Origin: an uncultured Rivularia sp.
GTDB lineage: Bacteria > Cyanobacteriota > Cyanobacteriia > Cyanobacteriales > Nostocaceae
Direction of reading: 5' to 3'
Length of the DNA: 64,000 bases
NCBI GenBank assembly: GCA_963665115.1
Contig: OY762007.1
Location: 1,952,001-2,016,000 of the forward strand
The notes below the pieces were generated by a model. It was not told where the DNA came from. It made no database searches and saw only the letters and a list, made by a program, of their open reading frames with translations. Shown here piece by piece: positions 1 through 10,859 of the stretch. Both the position numbers and the translations under genes were made by a program. How positions within the stretch are numbered: position 1 is the first letter of the stretch; each line of letters starts with the position of its first letter.

Positions 1-531
1 CCATCAAAATTAGCTGGCGGTAGCATTTCTGGTTCGCCCATACTACCAAATGCACAAGTAGCAATTATATTTTCTTTACCTATATCCGCTGCTAAATTAG
101 TTTGTTGAGGACGCTTGATGTGTAAACCAATAACAAGCGGTTGGTAAGATTTAATTTTTGTCAATAATTGATTAATAGTTTCATCGGGTAATGGATTGTT
201 GTAATTCTGTAAATCTTCTTCTGTTACCGTTACAAGTACAATCCGATTATCCTGCGATTCCACAGGGACGTAAAGCCATCATTTGATCGTAAGCACGCAA
301 CTCCCAACGCTGCAACCATCTTAATTCCCGTGCCCCTAAAACCAAAACAGTAACACCCAAACTGGTAACAAGAATTGTTCTCCACCAGCTTGTAGGAGTT
401 GAATCTTGAATAGAATTATCGCCGGTACTATCAACAACTTGGGGAAGTTGTGTATCATCATTTACCGACAAATTACTCGGTTTCTTACTTAAAAACGGAA
501 TACGAAAATTATCTAAAAGTCTCCTAATCAC
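1..531 (-). CDS. CHASE2-domain protein, N-terminal part (runs off window start; frameshift at ~265)
   Basis: TM helix, then LQRWELRAYDQMMALRP. Removing one base in GGG 265-267 continues as VESQDNRIVLVTVTEEDLQ...PLPDETINQLLTKIKSYQPLVIGLHI, a typical CHASE2 start. Confidence 0.8.
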
Positions 532-750
532 GGTAGGGTAGCAATAGCCTGAGTTAGTAGATGTATCTTAATATAGTCGAGGATGGGAAAGGAAGGTAAT
601 TATTCAGTTAAGAGTTATACAATTTTACAAAAATTGGGAGTTGGGAGAGGGGGAATGGGGGAGATGAGGAGATGGGGAGACAAGGAGACAAGGGGATAAC
701 TAAACTATTAATTTTTAACTTATTAAGGAAGCAAAAAATAATTAATTCTC

Positions 751-833
751 CCGTAGTGCGAGCATCTTGCTTGCTGTGTGTCTCAAGCGAGCAAAGATGC
801 TTGTCCATAGGACACTTTACGCTAACGCACTAC
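751..833. repeat. Short dispersed palindromic repeat (GTAGTGCGAGCATCTTGC...GCAAAGATGC...CGCACTAC)
   Basis: Imperfect inverted repeat. Related cores occur at 41610-41630 and 45358-45450. Confidence 0.6.
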
Positions 834-952
834 CTAATTTAAATTGCATATTGTTGAATTTGGAAGTCCCTAACTCCTAACTTTCAATGCCCAATTCCCT
901 ATGCCCTATGCCCGATTAAATCTAAAATCTAAAATCTAAAATCCAAAATTGA

Positions 953-1870
953 TTGATGCATGAAATTTCCGGACGCTGGCGTTTTGGGCTAGCTTTGTCT
1001 TTAGTAACAGTTATTCTATGGGGTGTATTACCGATTTCCTTGTCGATAACGCTACAAGGATTAGATGTATATACCTTAACTTGGTTTCGCTTTCTGGTAT
1101 CTTTTTGTTTGCTAGCGATTTATTTAATGTGGCGCGGGAAATTACCAACTGTTTCACAATTACGTTCTACTTCCCCGAAGCTGGTAGCTATTGCAACTAT
1201 CTTTCTGGCGATCAACTACATTTTGTTTGTCAAAGGTTTGGATTTTACTACCCCTGCAAATGCTCAAGTTTTGATTCAATTAGCCCCTTTACTAATGGGC
1301 TTCGGGGGTTTGATCGTTTTTAAAGAGCGGTATAACTTGTTTCAGTGGATCGGCATAGGTATTCTTACTACAGGCTTTGTTTTATTCTTTAACGAACAGT
1401 TGTCTAATTTGATTACCGCCAAAACAACATATTTATTAGGTAGTAGTTTAATTGTAATCGCAGCAACTACTTGGTCTATTTATGCTTTAGCTCAAAAACA
1501 GCTTTTGCAAAGTTTATCTTCTGCTCATATTATGCTGATTATCTATGGGGGATGTGCTTTAATATTCACGCCTTTTGCCAGTATTCAAACAATTTTTACA
1601 CTTAATTTATTGCAGAGCGGAATGTTACTTTTTTGTGCTTTAAATACTCTAATTGCTTACGGTGCTTTTGCTGAAGCATTAGAACATTGGGAAGCATCGC
1701 GAGTTAGTGCGGTATTAGCTTTAACTCCGGTTGTAACATTATTATCATCGTACTTTGTATCAGAAATATCACCAAATTTAATCGTTGCCGAGAATTTTAC
1801 TTTGTTAGGAATAGCTGGAGCTATTTTAGTTGTATGTGGTTCTACGGCGATTGCATTGGGGAAAAGATAA
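953..1870 (+). CDS. EamA/DMT family transporter
   Basis: 305 aa, about 10 hydrophobic helices, two EamA-like halves (LWG...; FKER; EASRVSAVLALTP). Confidence 0.9.
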   Translation: MMHEISGRWRFGLALSLVTVILWGVLPISLSITLQGLDVYTLTWFRFLVSFCLLAIYLMWRGKLPTVSQLRSTSPKLVAIATIFLAINYILFVKGLDFTTPANAQVLIQLAPLLMGFGGLIVFKERYNLFQWIGIGILTTGFVLFFNEQLSNLITAKTTYLLGSSLIVIAATTWSIYALAQKQLLQSLSSAHIMLIIYGGCALIFTPFASIQTIFTLNLLQSGMLLFCALNTLIAYGAFAEALEHWEASRVSAVLALTPVVTLLSSYFVSEISPNLIVAENFTLLGIAGAILVVCGSTAIALGKR

Positions 1871-2196
1871 TAAGTTTCAATTTTCTTCGGTACTTCTACG
1901 TGTAATTAAAATCAAGTTTATTTTTATTTTAAAGTTTAACTTGACCTACTGAAGCAGATGTTTGTTTTATCTGCTATCATGTCATGGTGAACATCAATAA
2001 ATTGATTCAATCTGTTTATTAGTAAGTAGTTTAACTTACCTGTAAATACGGTTGAGATGTAAAACAGCATTCTACCTATCTACCTTCACAACTAAATCGA
2101 TACGTTATTAGTAAGGCAAATAATAATTAATATCACGCAGGGTGTCTGAGCTACCAAATCTACCTATTTGAAGCACATCTTTTTTGACACTATCTA

Positions 2197-3888
2197 GTGA
2201 TGAACAGTTTGTTTGATAAATGGACTAGCACACTGAGAAAATCTTGGCTGTTGCTGGTTCTATCTGTATTGTTATCTATATTTGGTATCAGTAATTATGG
2301 TTGGACTGCGGAGCGAATTTATGCATCTTATTCAGCATTTCAACGTTCTATTTCTATAACTGCTTTAGAAGAATTTGCCCTTAATGGCGAAATTGGCGAA
2401 GAAATTGCGGTGTATACGCAGTATCTAAAACCGGAACAAATAGCAGAATTACGGCAAGTTTTGACAAGTCAGATCAAAGTACATCCCGCAGCGGTATCGC
2501 AGTTTCTCTATACCTCGCAAGGGGAATTTATGTTGCGACGGTTGGGGGAAGTAATTAGAACCGAATCGGGTGAGAGTAAGCCGGGATTTTATGCTTTGCG
2601 ATCGGCTTTAATTTTAGCTGCCGATGAGCCGGAAGGTTTAACTTTATTGAATGTATTGCGAAAGTATCCAAGCTCCAGCATGGATATCGATTTAGCGCGT
2701 ACATTGCAGATAGCAGAGCAATTAGAAACGCTAGTAAATGAAACTAATAAGGCTGTCGCAGTAGTTTCAGCTAAGTCTGATACGGAAGCTGTTATTCCAA
2801 CTGCTCAAACAGCAGTCAGCGTTAATAATTTACCCAACTTAAATCGTAGGGGAAAGTTTATTGCGAAAAAGCAAACATTAAAATTCTTTGATGTAATGCG
2901 TGGAAGGTTGTTATCAACCGACATTTATCTTCCTAATATTTCCTCCTCCGTACCTGTGATTGTGATATCACACGGTATAGGTACCGACAGCAGCAATTTT
3001 CGATATTTAGCCAATCATTTAGCAACAAATGGTTTTGCAGTTATTGTTCCCAATCATCCCGGTAGCGATACCAAACAAATAGAATCTTTATTAAATGGCA
3101 GCGCTTCTGAAGTCGCACAACCGGAAGAATTTATCAATCGCCCTTTGGATGTTAAATTTGTCCTCGATGAATTGGAGAAACTAAACAATACCGATTCACG
3201 CTTTAAGAAACGTCTGGATTTACAGCAAGTTGGAGTATTTGGACAGTCTTTTGGTGGCTATACAGCTTTAGCCTTAGCCGGAGCAAAAATTAATCTAGAG
3301 AAAATAGAAAAAGACTGCAAACAAAAAGCTTTAAAACAAACCTGGAATATGTCTTTACTGTTGCAATGTCGAATCCAGGAATTGCAAGCAAACAAACCAG
3401 TAAAGCAATATAACTTACACGATAAGCGAGTCAAAGCTGTAATCGCGGTGAACCCTATAACCAGCAGCATTTTTGGCAAAACCGGCTTGAGTCAAATAAA
3501 AACTCCGGTGATGATGGTTGCTAGCAGCGAAGACACAGTTGCACCGGCTTTATACGAACAAATTTTACCTTTCGCCTGGATTGCGAATCCTCACAAATAT
3601 TTAGTCCAGCTTGAGGGTGCAACTCACTTTTCCACTATCGGTGATGGCAAAGATAGTTCCGAGCAAGTTGGATTACCCTCGAAATTGATCGGTGATAATC
3701 CCAAACAAGCACAGAGCTACATGAGGTATGTGAGTTTACCTTTCTTTCAAAGCTATGTATCTGGAAACTTGCAATATCGTCCTTATCTTACATCAACTTA
3801 CATAGAAAGCATTTCTAAAAAATCTATGGATTTAAGTCTAATTCAGAACTTAACTACTACTGAAATTGCAAAAGCAGTGAATAAATGA
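2197..3888 (+). CDS. Alpha/beta hydrolase with N-terminal DUF1400 domain
   Basis: AERIYASY...ALRSALILAA N-domain; SHGIG, GQSFGGY nucleophile elbow, HFS catalytic His. Confidence 0.85.
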   Translation: MMNSLFDKWTSTLRKSWLLLVLSVLLSIFGISNYGWTAERIYASYSAFQRSISITALEEFALNGEIGEEIAVYTQYLKPEQIAELRQVLTSQIKVHPAAVSQFLYTSQGEFMLRRLGEVIRTESGESKPGFYALRSALILAADEPEGLTLLNVLRKYPSSSMDIDLARTLQIAEQLETLVNETNKAVAVVSAKSDTEAVIPTAQTAVSVNNLPNLNRRGKFIAKKQTLKFFDVMRGRLLSTDIYLPNISSSVPVIVISHGIGTDSSNFRYLANHLATNGFAVIVPNHPGSDTKQIESLLNGSASEVAQPEEFINRPLDVKFVLDELEKLNNTDSRFKKRLDLQQVGVFGQSFGGYTALALAGAKINLEKIEKDCKQKALKQTWNMSLLLQCRIQELQANKPVKQYNLHDKRVKAVIAVNPITSSIFGKTGLSQIKTPVMMVASSEDTVAPALYEQILPFAWIANPHKYLVQLEGATHFSTIGDGKDSSEQVGLPSKLIGDNPKQAQSYMRYVSLPFFQSYVSGNLQYRPYLTSTYIESISKKSMDLSLIQNLTTTEIAKAVNK

Positions 3889-4079
3889 ACAATTATCAAT
3901 TATCAATTATCAATTAAGAGTATTATTTAGCTTTGATGGGTTTTTCGTGCCGACTTTAATCCTAAATCCGAGCGATAATCGCGGCAGGTAGAAGAATGGA
4001 TTACTAATTGTATTTTGATTAAGTACATTCACAGCTTGCGGCGAGTGATAATTGATTATTGTTAATTGATAATTGATTC

Positions 4080-4959
4080 GTGTTTGGTTTTTTAAATCTC
4101 GATAAAGCTTTTGATTGGGACTTCTCATGATTGTGTGGCGAAAACGCGCAAACTTTTAGGTATCAAAAAAATCGGTCACGGGGGTACTTTAGATCCTGCC
4201 GCTACTGGTGTTTTACCGATAGCTATTGGTAAAGCAACTCGATTATTACAGTATTTGCCTACCGAAAAAGCTTATAAAGCTACGATTCGGTTGGGGGTAC
4301 AAACTACGACTGATGATTTACAAGGAGAAATTATTTCTCAACAGTCTGTAACTAAGTTGAATTTGGAAACTGTAAAAATGGCTTTGAAGCAGTTTCAAGG
4401 TAAAATTGAGCAAATTCCTCCAAGTTACAGCGCTATTCAAGTTGATGGAAAACGACTTTACGATTTAGCACGCAAAGGTGAAAAAGTTGAAGCACCCGTG
4501 CGAAATGTAGAAATATTTAATATTGATATTTTGGATTGGCGAGAAGGTACCTTCCCCGAATTAGATGTGAATATAGCCTGCGGCGGGGGAACTTACATTA
4601 GGGCGATCGCCAGAGATTTAGGTGCAATATTAGATACTGGTGGAACTCTAGCAGCTTTGCAACGTACTGTTAGCAGCGGTTTTAATTTAGCAGATAGCAT
4701 TACTTTGAGTGATTTGGAAGCAAAGTTAGAAGCAGAAGAATTTCAACCAATGGTTGCCGATGCACCTTTACAGCATCTTTCTGAAATAACTTTACCTGCC
4801 ACGGAAGCGCTTAGATGGTGTCAAGGGCAGAAAATTTCCTTCGATAGTCAAGTATCGGAAGTAGCAAGAATTTACAACGAACAAAGGCTTTTCTTGGGAA
4901 TTGCTGAATTGAAAGATAATTTATTGATTCCGCGAATGGTTTTGGAAGGAGTTTCGTGA
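4080..4959 (+). CDS. truB: tRNA pseudouridine(55) synthase (apparent +1 frameshift at GGG 4117-4119)
   Basis: GHGGTLDP and GTYIRAIARDLG motifs. The true N-terminus MFGFLNLDKAFDW-TSHDCV starts at GTG 4080 in another frame. Confidence 0.93.
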
Positions 4960-4970
4960 AAAGGTTCTAT

Positions 4971-5088
4971 CCGTCACCCTATAAGGGTGCGGCTATACAA
5001 ACAAAGCCCACCTTCGTGGGCTAAGAATTCTAATAGCCCACGAAGGTGGGCTTTGTAAATGTAGCCCCACTCTTCGAGAGTGAGGGCG
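4971..5088. repeat. REP/REPIN-like inverted repeat element
   Basis: Perfect 23-bp inverted arms 5001-5023 and 5034-5056, each itself palindromic (AGCCCACCTTCGTGGGCT), with small flanking hairpins. Confidence 0.8.
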
Positions 5089-5195
5089 ATTCTATATAAA
5101 AAATCCAAAAGTATTTTTGTCAAATAAACTACATTTATAAGAAACAATTATGAATTTATTGTTTCTACAAAACTAAAGATGATTGGGAATTAATT

Positions 5196-6941
5196 ATGTT
5201 TAGGCGCTTTCAAAATCGTCCCGCACCATTAGCAACTATATTTATATCTGTATTATGTTTTACTTTGATATATGGGTGTTTACCCAATTCGCAACCAGTT
5301 GCTGAAGCTTCGACGCTGCTAACGGAACCTTTTTTACAGTTACCAACCGAAAATTCAGTTAGAGTTGTTTGGTTTACTGAGTTTCCCGGAGAGAAAAATA
5401 CGGTTGTTTACGGTGAAAATCTGAAACAGACTACTGACGCTACAACTATTAAATTAAGTCACACTAGGGAAGATCAAAAATCCAGAGTTGGAAATCAAAC
5501 GGAAGACAAACAAGTTTATCAGAAACCCGTTAAACGCGATATTTGGCGACATGAAGCCGAAGTTACTGGTTTAACTCAGGGTAAAGAAGTTGACTATCAA
5601 GTTATTAGTAAACCCGAAAATGGTGGCGATGCAAAAAGTGAAGTTTATAAACTTGCACCCGCACCTCAAGCCGGTACACCGTTAAAAATTCTGCTTACTT
5701 CAGATCATCAGTTAAAACCAATGACGGCTGCGAATTTGCAAAAAGCAAAAGAAACTGTTGGGGATATTGATGCAGTATTCATGGCTGGCGATTTAATTAA
5801 TATACCAGACCGCGCTAGCGAATGGTTTGACGATAATCGCGGTGGTGCATTCTTTCGGGCTTTACAAGGCAAAGCTAATTATCAGATAGATAAGGATGGG
5901 GTAAATACAACTTATACTGGTGGCGAAATTATTCAAAATGCTCCACTTTTTACCGCTATCGGCAATCATGAAGTTATGGGAAGAAGAGGTAGAAGTGATA
6001 GTTTGGGTGATGAATATAATGATGCAATTCCTCGTGCAGTTGCAAAAAACTTATATGGTGAATCATCTTTAGAAGCCAATTCTTTTAATACCGATACCTA
6101 CGAAGAAATTTTTAGTTTACCTGAAAGTAAATCGGGAGGAGAAAAGTATTATGCAACAACTTTTGGTGATGTGCGTTTAGTAGTTCTTTATGCAACAAAT
6201 ATCTGGCGAGTTCCTAGTTTAGAACCCGATGCAAAAGGTAAATACCGCGAAAGAAAAGCTGATTTTGATAATCCAGAAAAATGGGGTTACGGACAGCATA
6301 TTTTTGAACCAATTGATAAAGGTAGTCCTCAATATAATTGGTTAGTTGAAGAAATTGATAGTCCGGAATTTAAACAAGCAAAATACAAAGTCGTCATGCT
6401 GCATCACCCAGTTCATTCCTTGGGTGATAATATTGTTCCAGCTTATACTAATCCAGTACAAACAATTGAAAAAGACGATAGCGGTAAAATTACGTCTATA
6501 AGTTACGAATATCCCTTAGAAGAAGATTACTTGATTCGGGATGTAGTACCTTTATTAGAAAAGAATAACGTTCAACTAGTATTTTACGGACATTCTCATC
6601 TATGGAATCGTTTCAAGAGCGAATCGGGAATACATTTCTTAGAATCATCCAATGTTGGTAATAGTTACAGTGCTTATTTAGGTGACAAAAAACGTAACGT
6701 ACCTCAAGGATACGAAGAGAAATATATTCAAGTCGGCGATCCAAATGGTTTAGAACCGATAATGCCATCAATTAAACCATTAAATGGCGAAGATGATAAA
6801 CCTATTCCTTATATTGCTAGTAATGAAATGACCGTATTTAGTATTTTAGATACGGAAAATGCTACGGTTAATAGCTATTATTTCGATATGACTAAACCTG
6901 AAGAGAAAGTAGTGAAATTCGATGAATTTAAATTGGAATAA
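5196..6941 (+). CDS. Secreted/lipoprotein metallophosphoesterase (purple acid phosphatase-like)
   Basis: Signal peptide with Cys; motifs SDHQ, GDLI, GNHE, HHP, GHSH. Confidence 0.85.
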   Translation: MFRRFQNRPAPLATIFISVLCFTLIYGCLPNSQPVAEASTLLTEPFLQLPTENSVRVVWFTEFPGEKNTVVYGENLKQTTDATTIKLSHTREDQKSRVGNQTEDKQVYQKPVKRDIWRHEAEVTGLTQGKEVDYQVISKPENGGDAKSEVYKLAPAPQAGTPLKILLTSDHQLKPMTAANLQKAKETVGDIDAVFMAGDLINIPDRASEWFDDNRGGAFFRALQGKANYQIDKDGVNTTYTGGEIIQNAPLFTAIGNHEVMGRRGRSDSLGDEYNDAIPRAVAKNLYGESSLEANSFNTDTYEEIFSLPESKSGGEKYYATTFGDVRLVVLYATNIWRVPSLEPDAKGKYRERKADFDNPEKWGYGQHIFEPIDKGSPQYNWLVEEIDSPEFKQAKYKVVMLHHPVHSLGDNIVPAYTNPVQTIEKDDSGKITSISYEYPLEEDYLIRDVVPLLEKNNVQLVFYGHSHLWNRFKSESGIHFLESSNVGNSYSAYLGDKKRNVPQGYEEKYIQVGDPNGLEPIMPSIKPLNGEDDKPIPYIASNEMTVFSILDTENATVNSYYFDMTKPEEKVVKFDEFKLE

Positions 6942-7003
6942 CAAGTTAATAATGTAGAGACGTAAAATTTTACGTCTCCTAAAATTTAAATAATAACGAG
7001 TTA

Positions 7004-7106
7004 CAGCACATTTTATTTTGGAAAAGTACATTCGGACGGGCAGGGATGCCCATCCCACAAGAGTTTTATTACATAATTTTGTACTTCATTTACCTGCAAA
7101 GTGCTG
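7004..7106. mobile_element. 103-bp MITE with TA target duplication (family A, copy 1)
   Basis: TA|CAGCAC...GTGCTG|TA. A same-length copy with near-identical core lies at 40818-40920. Confidence 0.8.
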
Positions 7107-7258
7107 TAATTAAAATTTACGTCTCCTAAAATTTAAATAATAACGAGTGGATTGAAATTTACGCCTTTTTTTAGAATAAATTAGTTGTTTAAAACGTTGA
7201 GATCCCCCCAACCCTCTTTTTAAAGGGGGCTTTTTATTAGTAATTTACTGCTTCTATA

Positions 7259-7403
7259 AGTAGGTGGGTGGGAAAATTTATAACTATGTCATTGCGAGTG
7301 GAACGGAGTGAAACGAAGCATTCACCGAAGGTGTGGATCATCACAAGCACTTTGAGGATTTTACATTCCTTTACATAGTTTGGTTTATTCTAGCCTACCT
7401 ACT
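7259..7403. mobile_element. 145-bp MITE with TA target duplication (AGTAGGT...ACCTACT ends)
   Basis: TA|AGTAGGTGGG...GCCTACCTACT|TA, with an internal REP-like GTCATTGCGAG...CGAAGC motif. It supplies the current stop codon of the adjacent reductase ORF. Confidence 0.7.
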
Positions 7404-8006
7404 TAATTGCTCAATAGCATTTACAAATGAAATAGTTGCAGCTTGTACTTCACCCGAAATATTTGAATCGGCAAGAATCCCATCTACATCAAGATTTTTA
7501 CCAAGCAGCGAAACTGCGATTGAGGCTTCAGGAACAATCCTTCCTGCCATTGTTGTAACGATTTCGGTAAGCTGGGCTTGGGCGTGAATTGCTCGCGGTG
7601 ATGCATTGAACAGCGCAACTGGCTTACCTATAAACTCTTCTCCACTCACCAACCAATCCAGCGCATTTTTCAAAACCCCCGGTATACCATGTGCATATTC
7701 TGGGCTTGAAATTATCAAACCATCAGCCCATTTTATCTGTAGCCGCAAATCTTTGACTGATAAAGGTATCTCTTCAATATCGGGATTGAAATGCAGTAAA
7801 TCGGCAAGTCCATGATACAACCTCATTTCTACGTTTTCTGGTGATAGTGCGATTACCTTCGGTAGAGCTTAGTCTAACGACTCACTGCGTGAAACGCTTA
7901 ACGCCGCGTTAAGTAACGAAGTATTTGAAGAAATTTTGCGAAGACTACCGGAAATCGCGAGAATTCGTATAGTTCGGGATTTGTTTGGTATTTTTGTAAA
8001 AGTCAT
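7395..8006 (-). pseudogene. NADPH-dependent FMN reductase, interrupted by a 48-bp insertion carrying an in-frame stop
   Basis: N-terminus MTFTKIPNKSRTIRILAISGSLRKISSN... and SPEYAHGIPGVLKNALDW. The insert at 7854-7901 reads ...TTA GAC TAA in frame. Confidence 0.85.
7854..7901 (-). mobile_element. 48-bp HIP1-targeted micro-insertion (SDR5-like), copy 1
   Basis: Removal restores GCG^ATCGC and the reading frame A-A-I-A-L. Confidence 0.85.
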
Positions 8007-8137
8007 TTATAAAACGCTCAGAGGTAAGTTTAAGAATAGCGTCTCTACAAGCTTTTTTAGATAAATATCAAATTAACTTTAATTTTCAGTTTGTAGCTGG
8101 GAACCATATATGAGTCAGGCTTAACCCTTTTTATGAT

Positions 8138-10729
8138 ATGCCTCTTACTTTTGTTAAAAAATCTCTCCAAACCTCAAGCTGGTTAGGAATTCTAGCAATT
8201 TCGTTTTTACAAGCCCCAGTTTACGCTCAACTGGTTGAGGATGCTACCTTACCAACTCGCGTTAAAACTACAGATAATCTCAATTTTACAATTGACAGCA
8301 TTAACAATCAAAACCGCGTGGGGAATAATTTATTTCACAGTTTCAAAGAATTTTCTATTCCTACGGGTGGCTCTGCGGTTTTCAATAATTCTACGGATGT
8401 AGTTAATATAATCAATCGGGTAACTGGTGGAAATATCTCTAATATTGATGGATTAATTAAAGCGAATGGTAATGCAAATTTATTTTTAATTAATCCTGCG
8501 GGAATAGTATTTGGTAAAAATGCTCGCTTAGACATCGGTGGCTCGTTTTTCGGAAGTACTGCTGAAAGTATCAAATTTAGTGATGATATTGAATTTAGCG
8601 CTATTAGTACCATCACAGAGCCGTTATTAAGTATTAACGTCCCCCTTGGTTTGCAGATGGGGAGTAGTTCTGGTGGTATTAAAGTACAAGCTGATGGTTA
8701 TATTACTACTTCTAAGAATATCGATAATGGTGTCAATGTACTTGCTCCTTTTTTAGTTAACAGTTCAGATGGTTTGCGAGTTAAATCTGGAAATACTTTA
8801 GCTTTAATTGGTAGTGAAGTTTCTTTAAATGGAGGTATAGTAGTAGCCGATTCTGGAAGGATTGAATTGGCAGGTGCTCGTCAAGGTTTAATTAATATTA
8901 ATAATTCGACTACAAAAGATTTAGTTTTAGATTACAAAGGTGTAGAAAATTTTGGTGATATAAAACTTTCTTCTTTAGCTTTAGCAGATGCGAGTGGAAC
9001 TGGAAGCGGTTCAATTCAGTTACAGGGAAGAAATATTTCTATCAAAGATGGTTCTAGAGTATTTGTGCAAAGTCGGGGTAATACAGCGGGAGAAAAAATT
9101 AAATTAAATGCAACACAGTCTATAGAAATAGTCGGAACTCGTTCGGATGGAGATTTAGATGGTGGATTGTTAACCGAAACATTAGGAGTAGGAAATGCGG
9201 CGGAAATTACAATTTTCACTCCCGATTTACTTGTTTCTCAAGGTGCAAGAATAGTTAGTCGAACTTTTAGTTCTGCCAGAGGAGGTAATATTATTATTGA
9301 TGCTTCCAAATCATTACAAATCAGCGATTTTTCTTTTATAAATCCTGAGAATGAAACTGAAATTTCAACTTTAAACTTTAATTCCGGTAGTGCTGGAGAT
9401 ATTGATATTTCAACTAAAAAGTTATCAATTTTAGGTCAAGAGATTTCATCTGCTACCTTTGGTATTGGGGATGGTGGAAATGTTTCTATATCAATCGAGG
9501 AATTGACTATTTTGGATGGTGGAGTTATTGCTTCTGCAACTTTAGGATTTGGTAATGGAGGAGATGTAAAGATTGATGCAAAATCAATTAATCTCAAAGG
9601 TATTAACAATGATAATTTTTCCCCTAGTACTTTGAGCGCTTCGAGTCTTGCAGTCGGTAATGCAGGTAATTTAACTGTCAACACTGAAAGCTTGGTACTC
9701 CAAAATGGTGGTAGGGTTGATTCTTCTACTCTTGCTTTCGGTAATTCGGGAAGCGTAACCGTTAATGCTACTGATTTTATCGAAGTTAGCGGTACTGTAC
9801 CTGGTTCAGTTAATCCTAGTTTAATCATTTCCAGCGCCAATATTATAGATGAATCTTTCCGGCAATTCTTGGGATTACCTCCTATTCCGAGCGGAGATTC
9901 TGGAAACGTGAATATTAACACTCCTGTTTTAAAAGTTAATAATGGTGCGGAAGTAACTGTAAAAAACGATGGTACTGGTAAAGGTGGAATTTTGAATGTT
10001 GACGCTAATTCTATTCTTCTTAATAGTAAAGGAAAAATTACCGCATCAACTCAATCGGGTGAAGGAGGTAATATTGATTTGCAAATTCAAGATGGTTTAA
10101 TTATCAGAAATCAAAGTCTTATTTCTGCTGAAGCTGGAGGAACTGGTAACGGTGGAAATATTAATATCAATTCACCAGTAATCGCAGGATTAGAAAATAG
10201 CGATATTATTGCGAATGCAGTACAAGGTAATGGTGGAAATATCAATATTAATACTCAAGGCTTATTTGGTTTGCAGTTTCGCTCGGAGTTAACTTTAGAT
10301 TCCGATATTACTGCTAGTTCTCAATTTGGTGTTAATGGTATAGTTGAAATTAATAATCCCGCAATTGACCCCAGTTCCAGCTTGACACAATTACCAACAG
10401 ATGTAGTTGATAGCAGTCAAGAAGTTGCTAGTGGATGTAGCGTCGTCAATCAAGGAAATAGTTTTACGGCTGTCGGTAAAGGTGGTTTAGCTGCAAATCC
10501 TAATGAAGTTGTTGCAGAGGTTAATGTGTGGCGCGATTTACGGGATTTAAATGCTATTAACAGCGTAAAAAAAACAAGTATTCAAGTTAAAAAGGATTCT
10601 CCGAAACAAATTGTTGAAGCTACTGGTTGGGTTGTTGATAAAGAAGGAAATATCGAATTTGTTGCTCAATCTGAAAGTAGATACAGTTGGCAGAATGTGA
10701 GTAATTGCAAGGGTGAAGTAATTAATTAG
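8138..10729 (+). CDS. Filamentous haemagglutinin N-terminal domain exoprotein (TpsA-like), copy 1
   Basis: Signal peptide; NLFHSFKEFS, NLFLINPAGIVFG secretion-domain motifs; GxGG-x-I beta-helix repeats; IVEATGW C-terminal motif. Confidence 0.92.
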   Translation: MPLTFVKKSLQTSSWLGILAISFLQAPVYAQLVEDATLPTRVKTTDNLNFTIDSINNQNRVGNNLFHSFKEFSIPTGGSAVFNNSTDVVNIINRVTGGNISNIDGLIKANGNANLFLINPAGIVFGKNARLDIGGSFFGSTAESIKFSDDIEFSAISTITEPLLSINVPLGLQMGSSSGGIKVQADGYITTSKNIDNGVNVLAPFLVNSSDGLRVKSGNTLALIGSEVSLNGGIVVADSGRIELAGARQGLININNSTTKDLVLDYKGVENFGDIKLSSLALADASGTGSGSIQLQGRNISIKDGSRVFVQSRGNTAGEKIKLNATQSIEIVGTRSDGDLDGGLLTETLGVGNAAEITIFTPDLLVSQGARIVSRTFSSARGGNIIIDASKSLQISDFSFINPENETEISTLNFNSGSAGDIDISTKKLSILGQEISSATFGIGDGGNVSISIEELTILDGGVIASATLGFGNGGDVKIDAKSINLKGINNDNFSPSTLSASSLAVGNAGNLTVNTESLVLQNGGRVDSSTLAFGNSGSVTVNATDFIEVSGTVPGSVNPSLIISSANIIDESFRQFLGLPPIPSGDSGNVNINTPVLKVNNGAEVTVKNDGTGKGGILNVDANSILLNSKGKITASTQSGEGGNIDLQIQDGLIIRNQSLISAEAGGTGNGGNININSPVIAGLENSDIIANAVQGNGGNININTQGLFGLQFRSELTLDSDITASSQFGVNGIVEINNPAIDPSSSLTQLPTDVVDSSQEVASGCSVVNQGNSFTAVGKGGLAANPNEVVAEVNVWRDLRDLNAINSVKKTSIQVKKDSPKQIVEATGWVVDKEGNIEFVAQSESRYSWQNVSNCKGEVIN

Positions 10730-10859
10730 TATTTTTTTATAAATTTATATGTAGTGAGGAAATAAATATATTAATCAGAAAAAACTAATATCAAATGAGG
10801 TTTGATTTTTAACTAGAATGTGGGAACCATATATAAATCAGACTCTAGCATCTTTATAT

